From: Verrucomicrobiia bacterium
Lineage (GTDB): Bacteria > Verrucomicrobiota > Verrucomicrobiia > Limisphaerales > UBA1319
Direction: 5' to 3'
Length of the DNA: 64,000 bases
Assembly: GCA_963664225.1 (NCBI GenBank)
Contig: OY760937.1
Location: 2,496,001 to 2,560,000 of the forward strand
The translations under genes and the position numbers were made by a program. The notes under the pieces are model-generated. The model worked only from the letters and a program-made list of their open reading frames with translations, did no database searches and had not been told where the DNA came from. Below are positions 21,128 through 31,351 of the stretch, in pieces. Every line of letters begins with the position of its first letter. Position 1 is the stretch's first letter.

Positions 21128-22020
21128 GGCAAAGCTCCTTCCCTGCGTGGCCTCCAACACATCACCACCACCGCAGCCATTAACGCCAAAACGGCAAACC
21201 AACCATCCGTTAACGTTTGCGTTCCCCAAAATGCCTGATTATACGACTTTTCAGGCGTGCAAACGAACCCAAACAGCTTCAACCAAAAAACCCAGCCCGT
21301 ATGTAATCCGATCGAAAAATAGAGGTTTCCGGTCCGTTGATACATCCAGGCCAGCATCATCCCCACCAGCGCAATATTAAAGAAACCCGGGATCAGCGCG
21401 TTCCAATCCGTGAATCCTCCTAACATTGCTCCAAGAACGTTCAACCCGGTTGACCACTCGATCTCATTGGGCGACAACGGCCTGCGAAAAAAATGCAGCA
21501 ATCCGAAAAGAACTCCGCTCACCACGACTGCAACCACCCATGGCATGGTTTTGCGCAAGTATCCGTAGATCCCGCCGCGAAACACCACTTCCTCCATGAG
21601 CGCGACCACCCCCGCCGAAAGCGCAGCCGAGGCCAGACGGATTATCCATTCATGCAGAGGATGTTGCGCAGATATTGTCCACGCTCCCCCCAAAGCACCG
21701 CCTGCCACAACCAAGGCCAGCGATCCCAGTCCAAGCAGGAATCCCCAACCCAGCTTCGCCCACTGCCCGCCGGGCCGAACCATGCCGACATCCCGCCACG
21801 AGCGCACCCCCAGCGCCTTTAAAAAAGGCCACAGACCGACAAGGGTCAGAAACAGAATGGAGCGGTTTACATAGCGGTGAAACGGCTGTTCGGTCATTCT
21901 TTGGAAATAAGATCCATGTGGTCCCAGCCAGACCACCAGGGCGTGAAGCCACGGGGCCAGCAAAGCACCGCCCAGAAACACGACCGCAACGAATAAAGTG
22001 ATGAGTCCCAGTGGACGCAT
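21124..22020 (-). CDS. CPBP (Abi/CAAX) intramembrane metalloprotease
   Basis: EEVVFRG, FGLLH, IGLH motifs; multiple TM segments. Confidence 0.9.
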   Translation of the reverse strand: MRPLGLITLFVAVVFLGGALLAPWLHALVVWLGPHGSYFQRMTEQPFHRYVNRSILFLTLVGLWPFLKALGVRSWRDVGMVRPGGQWAKLGWGFLLGLGSLALVVAGGALGGAWTISAQHPLHEWIIRLASAALSAGVVALMEEVVFRGGIYGYLRKTMPWVVAVVVSGVLFGLLHFFRRPLSPNEIEWSTGLNVLGAMLGGFTDWNALIPGFFNIALVGMMLAWMYQRTGNLYFSIGLHTGWVFWLKLFGFVCTPEKSYNQAFWGTQTLTDGWFAVLALMAAVVVMCWRPRREGALP

Positions 22021-22154
22021 TCCGGGCATTGTAACCATCGGTCACCCTCTGCGCCAAGGGGATTTGTGCGGCACTGGAACGAATGGTTTCATGGGGGGAT
22101 ACCCCGCGGACTTGACCGTTTCCGGCGATCCCCCGCAAAGAGTGGATTTTTGCG

Positions 22155-22199
22155 TTCAACCGGTTGACCACGGGTTGACTGCTGGTCAACCGGGTTGAA
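22155..22199. terminator. Long hairpin directly after the LRR gene
   Basis: TTCAACCGGTTGACCA...TGGTCAACCGGGTTGAA inverted repeat; no clear T tract. Confidence 0.4.
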
Positions 22200-22233
22200 T
22201 TAGGTGGATTTCTGGAGCTGCCAATTCCCGGCC

Positions 22234-25200
22234 TCAGGGTACCGGTACCAAAACCACCCGATAGAACCCCTGATTGACCGGTTTATTGATGAGAACCCGC
22301 TTTTGGGTCGTGGTGGCGGTAACGTTGGTTTCGGTCTGCCAGACGCCCGCGATTGCGGTTGCGCTCTGGAGTTCATACTTTTTCCCCGGCACGGTCTGGA
22401 AATACAGGGCGTGTTGTTCGGGCCCAACGGCGGTTTTTTCCTCGTCCGCCAGGTCATTGAGGCGGGCCACGCTTTCAAAGGCCAGTTTCGAATTCGGAGT
22501 GGTGGGATCGGTGCCCGCCTGCATTTCGGCCAAGTTGGTCATGCCGTCATGGTCCGCATCATCCGTTTCGGCGCTGGCATCAGGGAACTTGTCCAGCAAA
22601 CCCACCGTTTGCGCCCATTCCTGATAAGTGGGCTGTTCGATCCAAAGCGCGGTCGGACGACCCGCAAATGTATCCCCCCAGCCCGTGGTTCCAGCGCGGT
22701 AATAGACGGTGACGTTTATAGAACCAATTAGCATCGCATTATCGTCATAACTAGGCGAATTTCCCCGAAAATACAAACTCGTTAGATTTCGACAATTTCC
22801 GAAAACCCCATTCCCTATATTGGTAACGCCGCTCCCAATAATCACGTTAGTCAGGTTATAGCAGTCGGAGAATGCACCATCGCCAATACTATTTATGCTG
22901 CCATCTGGAATACTGATGCTGTTTACTGCTGTACAATCCGCAAAAGCATAATCCGCGATTCGAGTAACAGTACTCGGAATTGTGAACGCACCGCTTTTGC
23001 CTGCTGGAAATTTTAAAAGCGTATTTTGCGCTTTATTAAACAATGCACCTTCAACGCTACTATAGTATGAATTTAGTTTGTTCACTTCTATGTTTGTCAT
23101 GGCGGTGCACCATTGAAATGCCAAATCCCCTATGCTTGTAATGCTTTCAGGAATATTAATATAGCTCAGACTACTGTTGCCAGCAAAAGCCTGTTTTCCA
23201 ATGCCGGTAACACTGTTCGGAATAATAACATTTGTGAGGGCGTAACACATGCCAAATGCATTATTTGCGATATTTGTTATACTATGTGAAAAGGTAATAT
23301 TCCTGAGAAGGCTACAACCACAAAACGCATTATCTGGAATACTAATGAAGCTGTCGGACATATCCACATTAGTAATACCGGTGCAGCCGGCGAAGCAACT
23401 TGCGCCAATATTCGTAACACTATTGGGGATAACGACGCTTTTTAATCCCGCTGAATCTGAACATGCTTCTTCATCAATATTGACAACAGGCAAACCATTA
23501 ATTGATTTTGGAATTACAACGTTCCCGCCGTAACCGGTAAAACCCGTTATACTCATGGCAGACCCGATTTGCTGGTATGTGAAATCACCGGCATCAGCAT
23601 TAATCCAGAGCCGGGTATTCCTCCCGGAAAACGTTGAGTCACCCCATCCGAACGCTCCATCTCTATAAAACACAATTAGATTAGGTACATTCTGAAACAT
23701 ATTCGTGTATGATAAAAACGGCCTGCTTCCGGCAAAATATACGCTGGTCAGGTTTGTACAGTTTGAAAACGCATAATCCTGGATAATTTGAACAGATCTA
23801 GGAAAAGTAATAGTGGTCAGATTGATGCAATTCGAAAAAGCAGATTCTTGAATTGATTGAACACCCTTAAAAAATAGAATTTTGCTTAGAGCAGTACATC
23901 CAGAAAATGCAGATTCGCCAATTGCTTTAATATTTGTTGGTATTGTAATGTCGGTGAGTGCGGTACATTTTGAAAATGTATAATTACCTATCCATTGCGC
24001 ATTTGACGGTATTGAAATAGCGCCAAGGCCGGCGCAACCATAAAATGCATAATCCCCAAGACTCTCGACGGTATTTGGAATTATAATATTTGTGAGTTTA
24101 CTGCACCCGGAAAAGGCATAACTCTCCATGCTAGTTATGCTCTTGAGAATTTCGTAGGTTCCAGATTTTCCAACCGGACATTGAACAAGTTTCGTAAATG
24201 TTTTGTTGTAAATTACACCATCTATACTTGCGAATGTTGCATTTTGATCATCAATAAATATTTCGGTTAGATTCGTACAACCGTCAACAAAAGATTTGCC
24301 GAGGGTGGTTACTCCATACGGAATCGAGATGTTTGTTAAAGCAACGCATCCTGAGAACGCGTAATCACCAATGCTTGTAATACTAGACGATAGTTCGATA
24401 CCAGTAAGATATGAGCAATTAAGAAAGGCTTTTGGTCCTATGGTGGTAACGTTATTGGGAATTGTAAGATGCGTTAGCCCACTACAGCCTGAAAACGCCA
24501 TTCCGTCAATGTTCTGAAGACTCCCAGGCAAATCTATGTTTTGCAGACCACTGCAATTACCAAATGCTGAAAATCCAATCCATATCATGGTATTCGGGAT
24601 TGAAATGTTTGTGAGGCTCCTGCAGTCCTGAAATGTAAAGTATCTAATCCCTGTTACCCCCTGGGGAATCGTGAAATTCAAAAGGCTGCTGCATCCAAAG
24701 AAATTGGATTCGCCAATGTAACCAACAGTATTTGGAATTATTATCCTTTGCAGGCTGCTGCATCCAAAGAATGCTTGGTTGTTTATGCTTCTAACACCTT
24801 CGAGAATGGTAGCATTCGTCAGTTGTGAACATCCGTAAAATGCATTGGAGTTGATTGTTTTAACACTGCCGGGAATCGTGATGTCTGATAAACTGTTGCA
24901 ATTAAAAAACACGGATTGCATTATGTTTACAAGTCCAGGAGGCAAATTAATGAATTTAAGGTTACTGCATTGGTAGAACGCGAAATTTCCTACGTTAATG
25001 ACACTGTCCGGAATTGTAACTCTTATGAGATTTGTGTTATTCATGAATGCACCCGCGCCAATTTCAGAAACAGGAATATCATATAAAAAATGCGGGATGG
25101 CCAAATTCGAAACGGATCCTTTGTAACTAGTTAGTGAAATTGTTGCCCCTGTTATTTTATATGTATAATCCTTTTCGTTTGGATCAATCCAAGGCGAGGT

Positions 25201-25947
25201 TGGGTGGCCTGCAAATATTGAAGTCCATCCGGTTGCCCCAGGGCGATAATAGATCGTTACTTCCTTGTCATTGATGTAAAGCTGATTGGAAACAACATAA
25301 AGCATGGGCGCATTACCTTGAAAAAAGAGGCTTACAAGGTTGGAACAACCATCAAAGGTGTAGTTATTCAGGGATCTAACACTTAAAGGGATTGTTAGAG
25401 ATTTCAGACTGGTGCAGTTGGAGAATGCATACTTATCAATCGTTGTAACGCCTGAGGGTATTTTTACGTTCGTCAGACCCGTGCAACCGGAAAGGGCACC
25501 GTAGCCAATTATTGTGACGCGGTTGGGGATGACGATGTCTTTCAGACTGGTGCAATTTGCAAATACATTGCTACGGAGGGTTAAAATGTTGGTTGAAATG
25601 GAAAGGTTCGTCAAACTCGTACAGCCAGAGAATGCAACATCCCCTATTTCGACCACGCTATTAGGAATGTTAACGTTCTTCAGACCGAGGCAACTTTGGA
25701 ATGCGGAAGCTCCAATGCTGGTCACCGGTTTGCCCTCAATGACATCCGGGATGGTCACGTTGCCACCAGGACCCGTGTATCCGGTGATGGTGGCGGACAC
25801 ATCGTTGGTCGTGTAGGTGAAGTCGCCAAACGTGTCGGCCATTCCCAAGGTGAGCAGGCCAGATAAAACAAGGAGGATGGGGATGGCAAGCCGCTGCGCG
25901 ACGGTCAAGGATTGGAGAACACTTCCGTTGCTCATCGTTCTTCTCAT
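22234..25947 (-). CDS. BspA-type (LRR_5) leucine-rich repeat surface protein, three capped modules, TSP3-like motif and C-terminal FYR domain
   Basis: Many IPxSVTxIGxxAFxxCxxL repeats; DADHDGMTNLAEMQAGTDP; signal peptide. Confidence 0.92.
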   Translation of the reverse strand: MRRTMSNGSVLQSLTVAQRLAIPILLVLSGLLTLGMADTFGDFTYTTNDVSATITGYTGPGGNVTIPDVIEGKPVTSIGASAFQSCLGLKNVNIPNSVVEIGDVAFSGCTSLTNLSISTNILTLRSNVFANCTSLKDIVIPNRVTIIGYGALSGCTGLTNVKIPSGVTTIDKYAFSNCTSLKSLTIPLSVRSLNNYTFDGCSNLVSLFFQGNAPMLYVVSNQLYINDKEVTIYYRPGATGWTSIFAGHPTSPWIDPNEKDYTYKITGATISLTSYKGSVSNLAIPHFLYDIPVSEIGAGAFMNNTNLIRVTIPDSVINVGNFAFYQCSNLKFINLPPGLVNIMQSVFFNCNSLSDITIPGSVKTINSNAFYGCSQLTNATILEGVRSINNQAFFGCSSLQRIIIPNTVGYIGESNFFGCSSLLNFTIPQGVTGIRYFTFQDCRSLTNISIPNTMIWIGFSAFGNCSGLQNIDLPGSLQNIDGMAFSGCSGLTHLTIPNNVTTIGPKAFLNCSYLTGIELSSSITSIGDYAFSGCVALTNISIPYGVTTLGKSFVDGCTNLTEIFIDDQNATFASIDGVIYNKTFTKLVQCPVGKSGTYEILKSITSMESYAFSGCSKLTNIIIPNTVESLGDYAFYGCAGLGAISIPSNAQWIGNYTFSKCTALTDITIPTNIKAIGESAFSGCTALSKILFFKGVQSIQESAFSNCINLTTITFPRSVQIIQDYAFSNCTNLTSVYFAGSRPFLSYTNMFQNVPNLIVFYRDGAFGWGDSTFSGRNTRLWINADAGDFTYQQIGSAMSITGFTGYGGNVVIPKSINGLPVVNIDEEACSDSAGLKSVVIPNSVTNIGASCFAGCTGITNVDMSDSFISIPDNAFCGCSLLRNITFSHSITNIANNAFGMCYALTNVIIPNSVTGIGKQAFAGNSSLSYINIPESITSIGDLAFQWCTAMTNIEVNKLNSYYSSVEGALFNKAQNTLLKFPAGKSGAFTIPSTVTRIADYAFADCTAVNSISIPDGSINSIGDGAFSDCYNLTNVIIGSGVTNIGNGVFGNCRNLTSLYFRGNSPSYDDNAMLIGSINVTVYYRAGTTGWGDTFAGRPTALWIEQPTYQEWAQTVGLLDKFPDASAETDDADHDGMTNLAEMQAGTDPTTPNSKLAFESVARLNDLADEEKTAVGPEQHALYFQTVPGKKYELQSATAIAGVWQTETNVTATTTQKRVLINKPVNQGFYRVVLVPVP

Positions 25948-26008
25948 GCATGCGTTCTATCACGCAATGAGACACTTGCAAGAACTGTTTTGCCTGGCCG
26001 GGCGCAAA

Positions 26009-26237
26009 GGTGCATGACAAAATTCTTCGGTGAGAAAGGAGGGACTCTTAATGAATCCCCTCTCTCCGGCTCTCCGCTCGTGCCTCGCAGGGCGAGAGGG
26101 GAATGGCGCGACCGGTGCATTCGGTTGAGTCCTCCGGACGCCGGGTGAGGGCACCCGGCCTACAATGACAAAGCCCCGGACACACTTTCATGGCGTTTTG
26201 AGGCTTTTGGATTTCCGGAAGTATTTTGTCCTGCGCC
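26009..26237. mobile_element. Miniature inverted-repeat element (MITE/REPIN-like) carrying internal REP hairpins
   Basis: Left end GGTGCATGACAAAAT, right end ATTTTGTCCTGCGCC (imperfect TIR); the same termini occur at 38691-39010. Confidence 0.6.
26137..26164. repeat. GTAG-type REP
   Basis: GACGCCGGGTGAGGGCACCCGGCCTACA, identical to 44693-44720. Confidence 0.8.
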
Positions 26238-26300
26238 CCCTGCCCGGAGTTTTAAAACAGGCTCTTTGACTTTTCCGCCGCACACTCCTAACGTTGGCGG

Positions 26301-26801
26301 ATGGACTCATTGCATGCGCCATGGCGCATCCAATATATTCTGGCGCCCAAACCGCCCCGCTCGGACGATTCGATCTTCACGCAGATCGCGCAGTCCAGCG
26401 ACGACGAATCCCATTACGTGATCGCGCGGGACCGCACTTGTTACGCGGTGCTGAACACTTATCCCTACAATGGCGGACATCTGCTTGTGGTGCCCTATAA
26501 GCAAGCCTCCGATCTCAACGGGCTGACTGCGGCGGAGATGTCCGATTTGATGCTTCTGACGCGGCGGTGCATGAATGCGCTGACCAAGGTGATGAAGCCC
26601 GACGGATTCAATGTGGGGATGAACATCGGCAAGGTGGCCGGCGCGGGTGTGGCCGAGCATCTGCATATTCATGTGGTTCCCCGCTGGCTGGGGGACACGA
26701 ATTTCATGCCCATTCTGGCCGGAACCTCGGTGGTGCCGCAGGCTCTGAATGAACTGGCCGCCCAATTGCGCGCCGCCCTGGCGCAAGATTCCGATTCCTG
26801 A
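26301..26801 (+). CDS. HIT family (Ap4A phosphorylase-like) protein
   Basis: LHAPWR, NTYPYNGGH, HLHIHVVPR. Confidence 0.92.
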   Translation: MDSLHAPWRIQYILAPKPPRSDDSIFTQIAQSSDDESHYVIARDRTCYAVLNTYPYNGGHLLVVPYKQASDLNGLTAAEMSDLMLLTRRCMNALTKVMKPDGFNVGMNIGKVAGAGVAEHLHIHVVPRWLGDTNFMPILAGTSVVPQALNELAAQLRAALAQDSDS

Positions 26802-26809
26802 TTTTTCAA

Positions 26810-27772
26810 ATGCCCACAGAAACCCTTCATTTCGAAAACGCCCGGCTGGCGCAGCAACTTTTCAATAACGATTCCAAGAACCTGCTGGCCCTGGAGAAAG
26901 CCCTGAATGTCAAGGCCACCAGCCGTGAGGGCTGGATCAAGCTCGAAGGCAGCACCGAGGCCATCGAACTGGTCAAGCAGATGTTCGAATCCCTCGAATC
27001 CGCCATCAAAGGCGGCACGACGGTGCGTAATCGCGATTTCAACTACGCGATGGACGTGGTGAGGCAGGACGGTGTGGCCGCGCTGCAAGGCATGCACGCC
27101 GAGCGCGTGCAAACCTCGTCGAAGAAGGCGCAGGTGACCCCGAAAACCCTCGGCCAGCAAAAATACATCACCGCCATCCGCGCCCACGACATCACCTTCG
27201 GCATCGGACCGGCGGGAACGGGCAAGACGTATCTGGCCATGGCCATGGCGGTGGCGGCCTTGCGCGAGGAAAAAGTGGCGCGCATCATTCTGACCCGTCC
27301 TGCGGTGGAAGCAGGGGAGGCGCTGGGTTATCTGCCGGGAGATCTTTACGAGAAGATCAATCCCTACCTGAGACCGCTCCACGACGCGCTCTACGACATG
27401 CTGCCGAGCGACGAAGTCCAGCGCCACATGGAGCGCGGCACCATTGAAATCGCCCCGCTGGCCTATATGCGCGGACGCACGCTCAACCATTCCTTCATCA
27501 TCCTGGACGAGGCCCAAAACACGACCAGCGAGCAGATGCTCATGTTCCTGACCCGCCTGGGGATGAGTTCCAAGGCTGTGATCACCGGCGATCCCTCGCA
27601 GGTCGATCTTCCCGCGAACAAACGCTCGGGTCTGATCGAAGCCCTGCGCATCCTGCAACAGATCGACGGCATCTCGATCATCGAATTCCAGAAGCGGGAT
27701 GTCATCCGGCATCACCTGGTCCAGCGCATCATCACGGCCTATGAAGAATTGCGAAACAGACGGGGTGAGTGA
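26810..27772 (+). CDS. phoH: PhoH-like ATPase
   Basis: GPAGTGKTYLA, RPAVEAGE, YMRGRTL, DEAQN. Confidence 0.95.
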   Translation: MPTETLHFENARLAQQLFNNDSKNLLALEKALNVKATSREGWIKLEGSTEAIELVKQMFESLESAIKGGTTVRNRDFNYAMDVVRQDGVAALQGMHAERVQTSSKKAQVTPKTLGQQKYITAIRAHDITFGIGPAGTGKTYLAMAMAVAALREEKVARIILTRPAVEAGEALGYLPGDLYEKINPYLRPLHDALYDMLPSDEVQRHMERGTIEIAPLAYMRGRTLNHSFIILDEAQNTTSEQMLMFLTRLGMSSKAVITGDPSQVDLPANKRSGLIEALRILQQIDGISIIEFQKRDVIRHHLVQRIITAYEELRNRRGE

Positions 27773-28247
27773 ACTCATCCTGCGCAATCGACGCTCCGGT
27801 AAGCGCGTGGACATGGCGTTGCTGCGACGGATCACCCGCTTTTTGCTCGAAGAAATTCTCGCGCTCGACCATTACGAAATGGGCGTTCACCTGACAGGCG
27901 AACCGGAGATCACGCGTCTCAACGAGTCCTTTCTGGGGCACAAGGGTTCCACCGACATCATCACCTTCGATTACCTGCCCGCGCTGCAACCCGGACACCT
28001 GCACGGCGATCTGTTTATCTGCATCCCCGTGGCCGCCGCACAGGCCCGCGAGTTCGGCACCACCTGGCAGAGTGAACTGACCCGCTACGTGGGGCACGGC
28101 CTGCTGCACCTCATGGGATACGACGATCTTACCTCCGCAAAACGCCGTGTGATGAAAGTCCAGGAAGATCGTTTGCTGAAAGCCGTGACCGAACGTTTTG
28201 CCATTGAAAAACTGAGTTCCGCGAAAAAAGCGGTCCGCCATGGATGA
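27765..28247 (+). CDS. ybeY: rRNA maturation endonuclease YbeY
   Basis: TDIITF, HGLLHLMGYD; follows phoH; probable GTG start. Confidence 0.9.
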   Translation: MSELILRNRRSGKRVDMALLRRITRFLLEEILALDHYEMGVHLTGEPEITRLNESFLGHKGSTDIITFDYLPALQPGHLHGDLFICIPVAAAQAREFGTTWQSELTRYVGHGLLHLMGYDDLTSAKRRVMKVQEDRLLKAVTERFAIEKLSSAKKAVRHG

Positions 28248-28893
28248 ACGCGCTACTGGCCTGATCCTGCGCACCCAGCCGCTCACGGATACCAGCCTCA
28301 TCGTGCAATGGATCACTCCCGACCTGGGTCGGGTCTCCACCGTGGCCAAGGGGGCGCGGCGGCCCAAATCACCTTTCGCGGGAAAGCTCGATCTGTTTTT
28401 CGAATGCGAGTTCAGCTTTGTTCGCAGCCGCCGCAGTGAGTTGCATACGTTGCGTGAGGCCCGACTGGTGGACAGCCATCCGGCCTTGCGCGAGGACCTC
28501 GAGCGACTCCAGATGGCCGCCTACGCCGCCGCGCTGATCCAGACGGCCACAGAGACGGATACGCCGTTGCCGGATCATTACGCGTTGTTATCGGAATTCA
28601 TCCGCGAAATCACAGGGCGTCCCCCCCGTCCCCTGACCCTTTTTGCGCTGGAGATCAAAACCCTCGAAATCGGCGGAATGGCCCCTGACCTGTCCGATAG
28701 CGCATTGAATCCGGGCGCCCGCCAGATCCTGGAGAAGTGTCGGCAGTCCGATTGGGCCACCCTGGCACGATTGGTCCCAAGCCCCGGCCAGGAGCGGGAT
28801 ATCGCACGGTTCCTGGGACATTTTATCGAGTTCAATCTGGAACGACTCCCCCGGGGCCGCGACGTCTGCCTGAGCTCCGTTTTCAAGTTATAG
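28240..28893 (+). CDS. recO: DNA repair protein RecO
   Basis: GLILR...DTSLIV...VAKGARRPKSPFAGKLDLF OB fold; phoH-ybeY-recO context. Confidence 0.9.
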   Translation: MDERATGLILRTQPLTDTSLIVQWITPDLGRVSTVAKGARRPKSPFAGKLDLFFECEFSFVRSRRSELHTLREARLVDSHPALREDLERLQMAAYAAALIQTATETDTPLPDHYALLSEFIREITGRPPRPLTLFALEIKTLEIGGMAPDLSDSALNPGARQILEKCRQSDWATLARLVPSPGQERDIARFLGHFIEFNLERLPRGRDVCLSSVFKL

Positions 28894-28905
28894 AACGAAC
28901 AGAAT

Positions 28906-28933
28906 CTCACGCGAAGCCGCGAAGTCGCGAAAG
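28906..28933. repeat. Short CGCGAAG tandem motif in intergenic space
   Basis: CTCACGCGAAGCCGCGAAGTCGCGAAAG. Confidence 0.4.
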
Positions 28934-28966
28934 CGGATAAGAACAAGGAGAGGCAGGGGTCTCCCG

Positions 28967-30871
28967 TCATTTCCCAAACACGGTTCCCCATTTGTCCAAC
29001 GGAACATCCGAGGTGAAGGGCTGCTCACGGATGTCGCCCGGCGAGAAGAGAATGGTCAGTCGGGTGTGGGTGGTTTCCGGCAGGACGACGAGCAATTTTC
29101 GAATGCCCTTGGTCGAGTATTGAGGCGGGGGCAGGTTGACCTCCTGGCTCTCGAACCGCGCGCCGCCGGGTGAGAGAATGCGGGCTTCCAGTGTCCGCCC
29201 ATCCTGCGTGAGCAGGGCCTTCGAACCCTCCAGGGCGATGTTCGCGCGGGTGTGCATGGCCCAGACGATCTTTGCCGGGGCTTTGGTTTCCACTTCGTCC
29301 TGGAGCAGAATACGCCGCCGCTGATCCACAATCGCCATGCCCCGCAGGGCTTTGGTGGCGCCGACAGCGGCATAACCCGCCTTCAAATCGGCAATGGCGT
29401 AGCCGGAACCGACCGCCGTGGAAAACGCGGTGATTGGCGCCGCAGCCTTGGGATCCTGATTCTGGTCGTCGATGGTCAGCGTGTTCTGCCCCTCGGTGCG
29501 GAGGCGGTAATAGGTCCAGCGTTTATTGCCGAAGTAGCCGGGCAGGTTGTATTCATCCCCGCCCAGTTCGATGGCCCAACGCTGGCCCATGGCGTCCAAA
29601 ACGAACGTGCCCAGATCGAGATTGGAATGATTCGCCTTGTTATCCCCGCCCTTCCAGCCGACATACAGCGCGTTGGGATCGGCCCAGGCGGAACGGTAAA
29701 ATACGACGTCGGCCCCCTTGAAGAAGCGATCCAGCGGCAGATGCTTCAGGTCGGCATCCGAACCCTGCGCCTCGTAAAACAGGAGGTCCTGCGCGGAACT
29801 GCGCCGCTCTGATGCTTCGCGCGCGGCAACGGCGAGGGCGGGTTGATGATAACGGCGCGCCAGCCAGAAAAGGGAGGGCTCGTCGCCGGTTTTATCGCCT
29901 GCGTCCGCAAAGTTAAAAAACAAACCCGTGGGGCCAACCGCATAGACGCGGAAAAACCCGGCCTGATCCATACCCGCAATGTCGCCCAGACCGTAATCCT
30001 GGCCCAGCGCGGTCTGCAATGAGGCCAGTGCAGCCACGGTGTAACGCATCGCATAGCCCCAGTAACCGGGACCCTCCGACCATGCGCCGTCCGGTCCGAA
30101 TGTGGCGATGGCCCTGGGCAGTTTCTGGATACTCTCGACGATGAGGCGGCCCGCCAGGGCGGGTTCCTCATCCGCGACGGCGAGCGCGCCCGATAGTATT
30201 CCGCCGTTGCACACGTTGTTCCAATTAAACTCAGAGGTGGTCCACCACCCCTTCTTATCATGCACCTCCTGCGCGGGTTTCAGGCCTTTTTCAACCATTG
30301 CAGTCCGGATCAAACACCGTTGGTCGGGGGTTAAATCGTTGTAGAGCCAGTCATAGCCCACTGCAAAGCCGTGAGTCATTTCGGCCACATCGAGAAAGTG
30401 CGAGGGATTCCAATCCTGGAATGCCGCGGCGGCCTCCAATTCCCGCACGGCGCGGTCTTTCCAGATCTTGTTGCCATCCAGCCGATACAACAGCCCCAGC
30501 GTGTAAATCCGGTCCACGAGCCGACGGCTTTTATCAAGCAGACGCGGCCCGATCAACACCCGCTCGATGGGCGCTTCCTTGAGAATCCCCTCGCCGCGCG
30601 CCTTGAGTTGGTCCGCATACCGGCGCGCCACAGGGTCGGCGGCCACATCCTTGCGAATCCGCTCCAGCTCCGACTCCGTGAGGATCAGCCGGGGATGCCC
30701 GGGCTTCAACGACTTGAGAACTGAGGCTTCGTCCAACGCACCTACGGGCGCATTATCGGCGGCCACGGCTCGAGAGGCCGGTAGCGTCGCAAACAAAAGG
30801 CCAGAAAGGCCCATTGCACAAAGAATGCTGCAGAAGGTCCCGCTCTCGCGAATCAATCGAGTCATGTCCAT
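28967..30871 (-). CDS. Secreted heparinase II/III-like polysaccharide lyase
   Basis: HPRLIL, NWNNVCNGG, EGPGYWGY, NHSNLDLGTF. Confidence 0.82.
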   Translation of the reverse strand: MDMTRLIRESGTFCSILCAMGLSGLLFATLPASRAVAADNAPVGALDEASVLKSLKPGHPRLILTESELERIRKDVAADPVARRYADQLKARGEGILKEAPIERVLIGPRLLDKSRRLVDRIYTLGLLYRLDGNKIWKDRAVRELEAAAAFQDWNPSHFLDVAEMTHGFAVGYDWLYNDLTPDQRCLIRTAMVEKGLKPAQEVHDKKGWWTTSEFNWNNVCNGGILSGALAVADEEPALAGRLIVESIQKLPRAIATFGPDGAWSEGPGYWGYAMRYTVAALASLQTALGQDYGLGDIAGMDQAGFFRVYAVGPTGLFFNFADAGDKTGDEPSLFWLARRYHQPALAVAAREASERRSSAQDLLFYEAQGSDADLKHLPLDRFFKGADVVFYRSAWADPNALYVGWKGGDNKANHSNLDLGTFVLDAMGQRWAIELGGDEYNLPGYFGNKRWTYYRLRTEGQNTLTIDDQNQDPKAAAPITAFSTAVGSGYAIADLKAGYAAVGATKALRGMAIVDQRRRILLQDEVETKAPAKIVWAMHTRANIALEGSKALLTQDGRTLEARILSPGGARFESQEVNLPPPQYSTKGIRKLLVVLPETTHTRLTILFSPGDIREQPFTSDVPLDKWGTVFGK

Positions 30872-31031
30872 AACAAAGTGGTGTGATCGCTTAGTATTAA
30901 ACCTCTGCCGCAGGTGTTGCCAAGTTTTTATTGATGTGTGGAATGGATGAGCTGCGCAACAAAAACAGGGTGTGGAATACAGCCATTGCAGTGCGCTGTT
31001 TTAAATCGGTTTTAAGGCAACGGCAGAACCG

Positions 31032-31276
31032 GCGGGCGGGGTTCGCGGGGTATTTGAAAACGTTGGATTTATCAACACCGTAAGCCGGTCAGGAGACCGG
31101 CGCTCCGGGGACAGCAGCGGGCGGGATTCGCGAAGCATTTGAAAACGTTGGATTTAAGAACGCTTTAAGCCGGTCAGGAGACCGGCGCTCCGGGGACAGC
31201 AGCGGGCGGGGTTCGCGAAGCATTTGAAAACGTTGGATTTAAGAACGCTTTAAGCCGGTCAGGAGACCGGCGCTCC
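31032..31276. repeat. Three tandem 85-bp units, each containing a GGAG-type REP hairpin
   Basis: Units start at 31032, 31117 and 31202; each has GCCGGTCAGGAGACCGGCGCTCC. Confidence 0.9.
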
Positions 31277-31351
31277 GAAGACACAGGTCACAGGCTTTGG
31301 AATGCAAATTGGCAATGGTTGTGTTAGATTGTCATCATCTCGTCTGAAACC

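Noticed and set aside
22234..25947. Diversity-generating retroelement target
   Set aside because: No reverse transcriptase and no TR/VR pair with adenine-specific mismatches visible in the window.
31032..31276. Possible CRISPR array
   Set aside because: The segments between hairpins are near-identical rather than unique spacers, and no cas genes are present.
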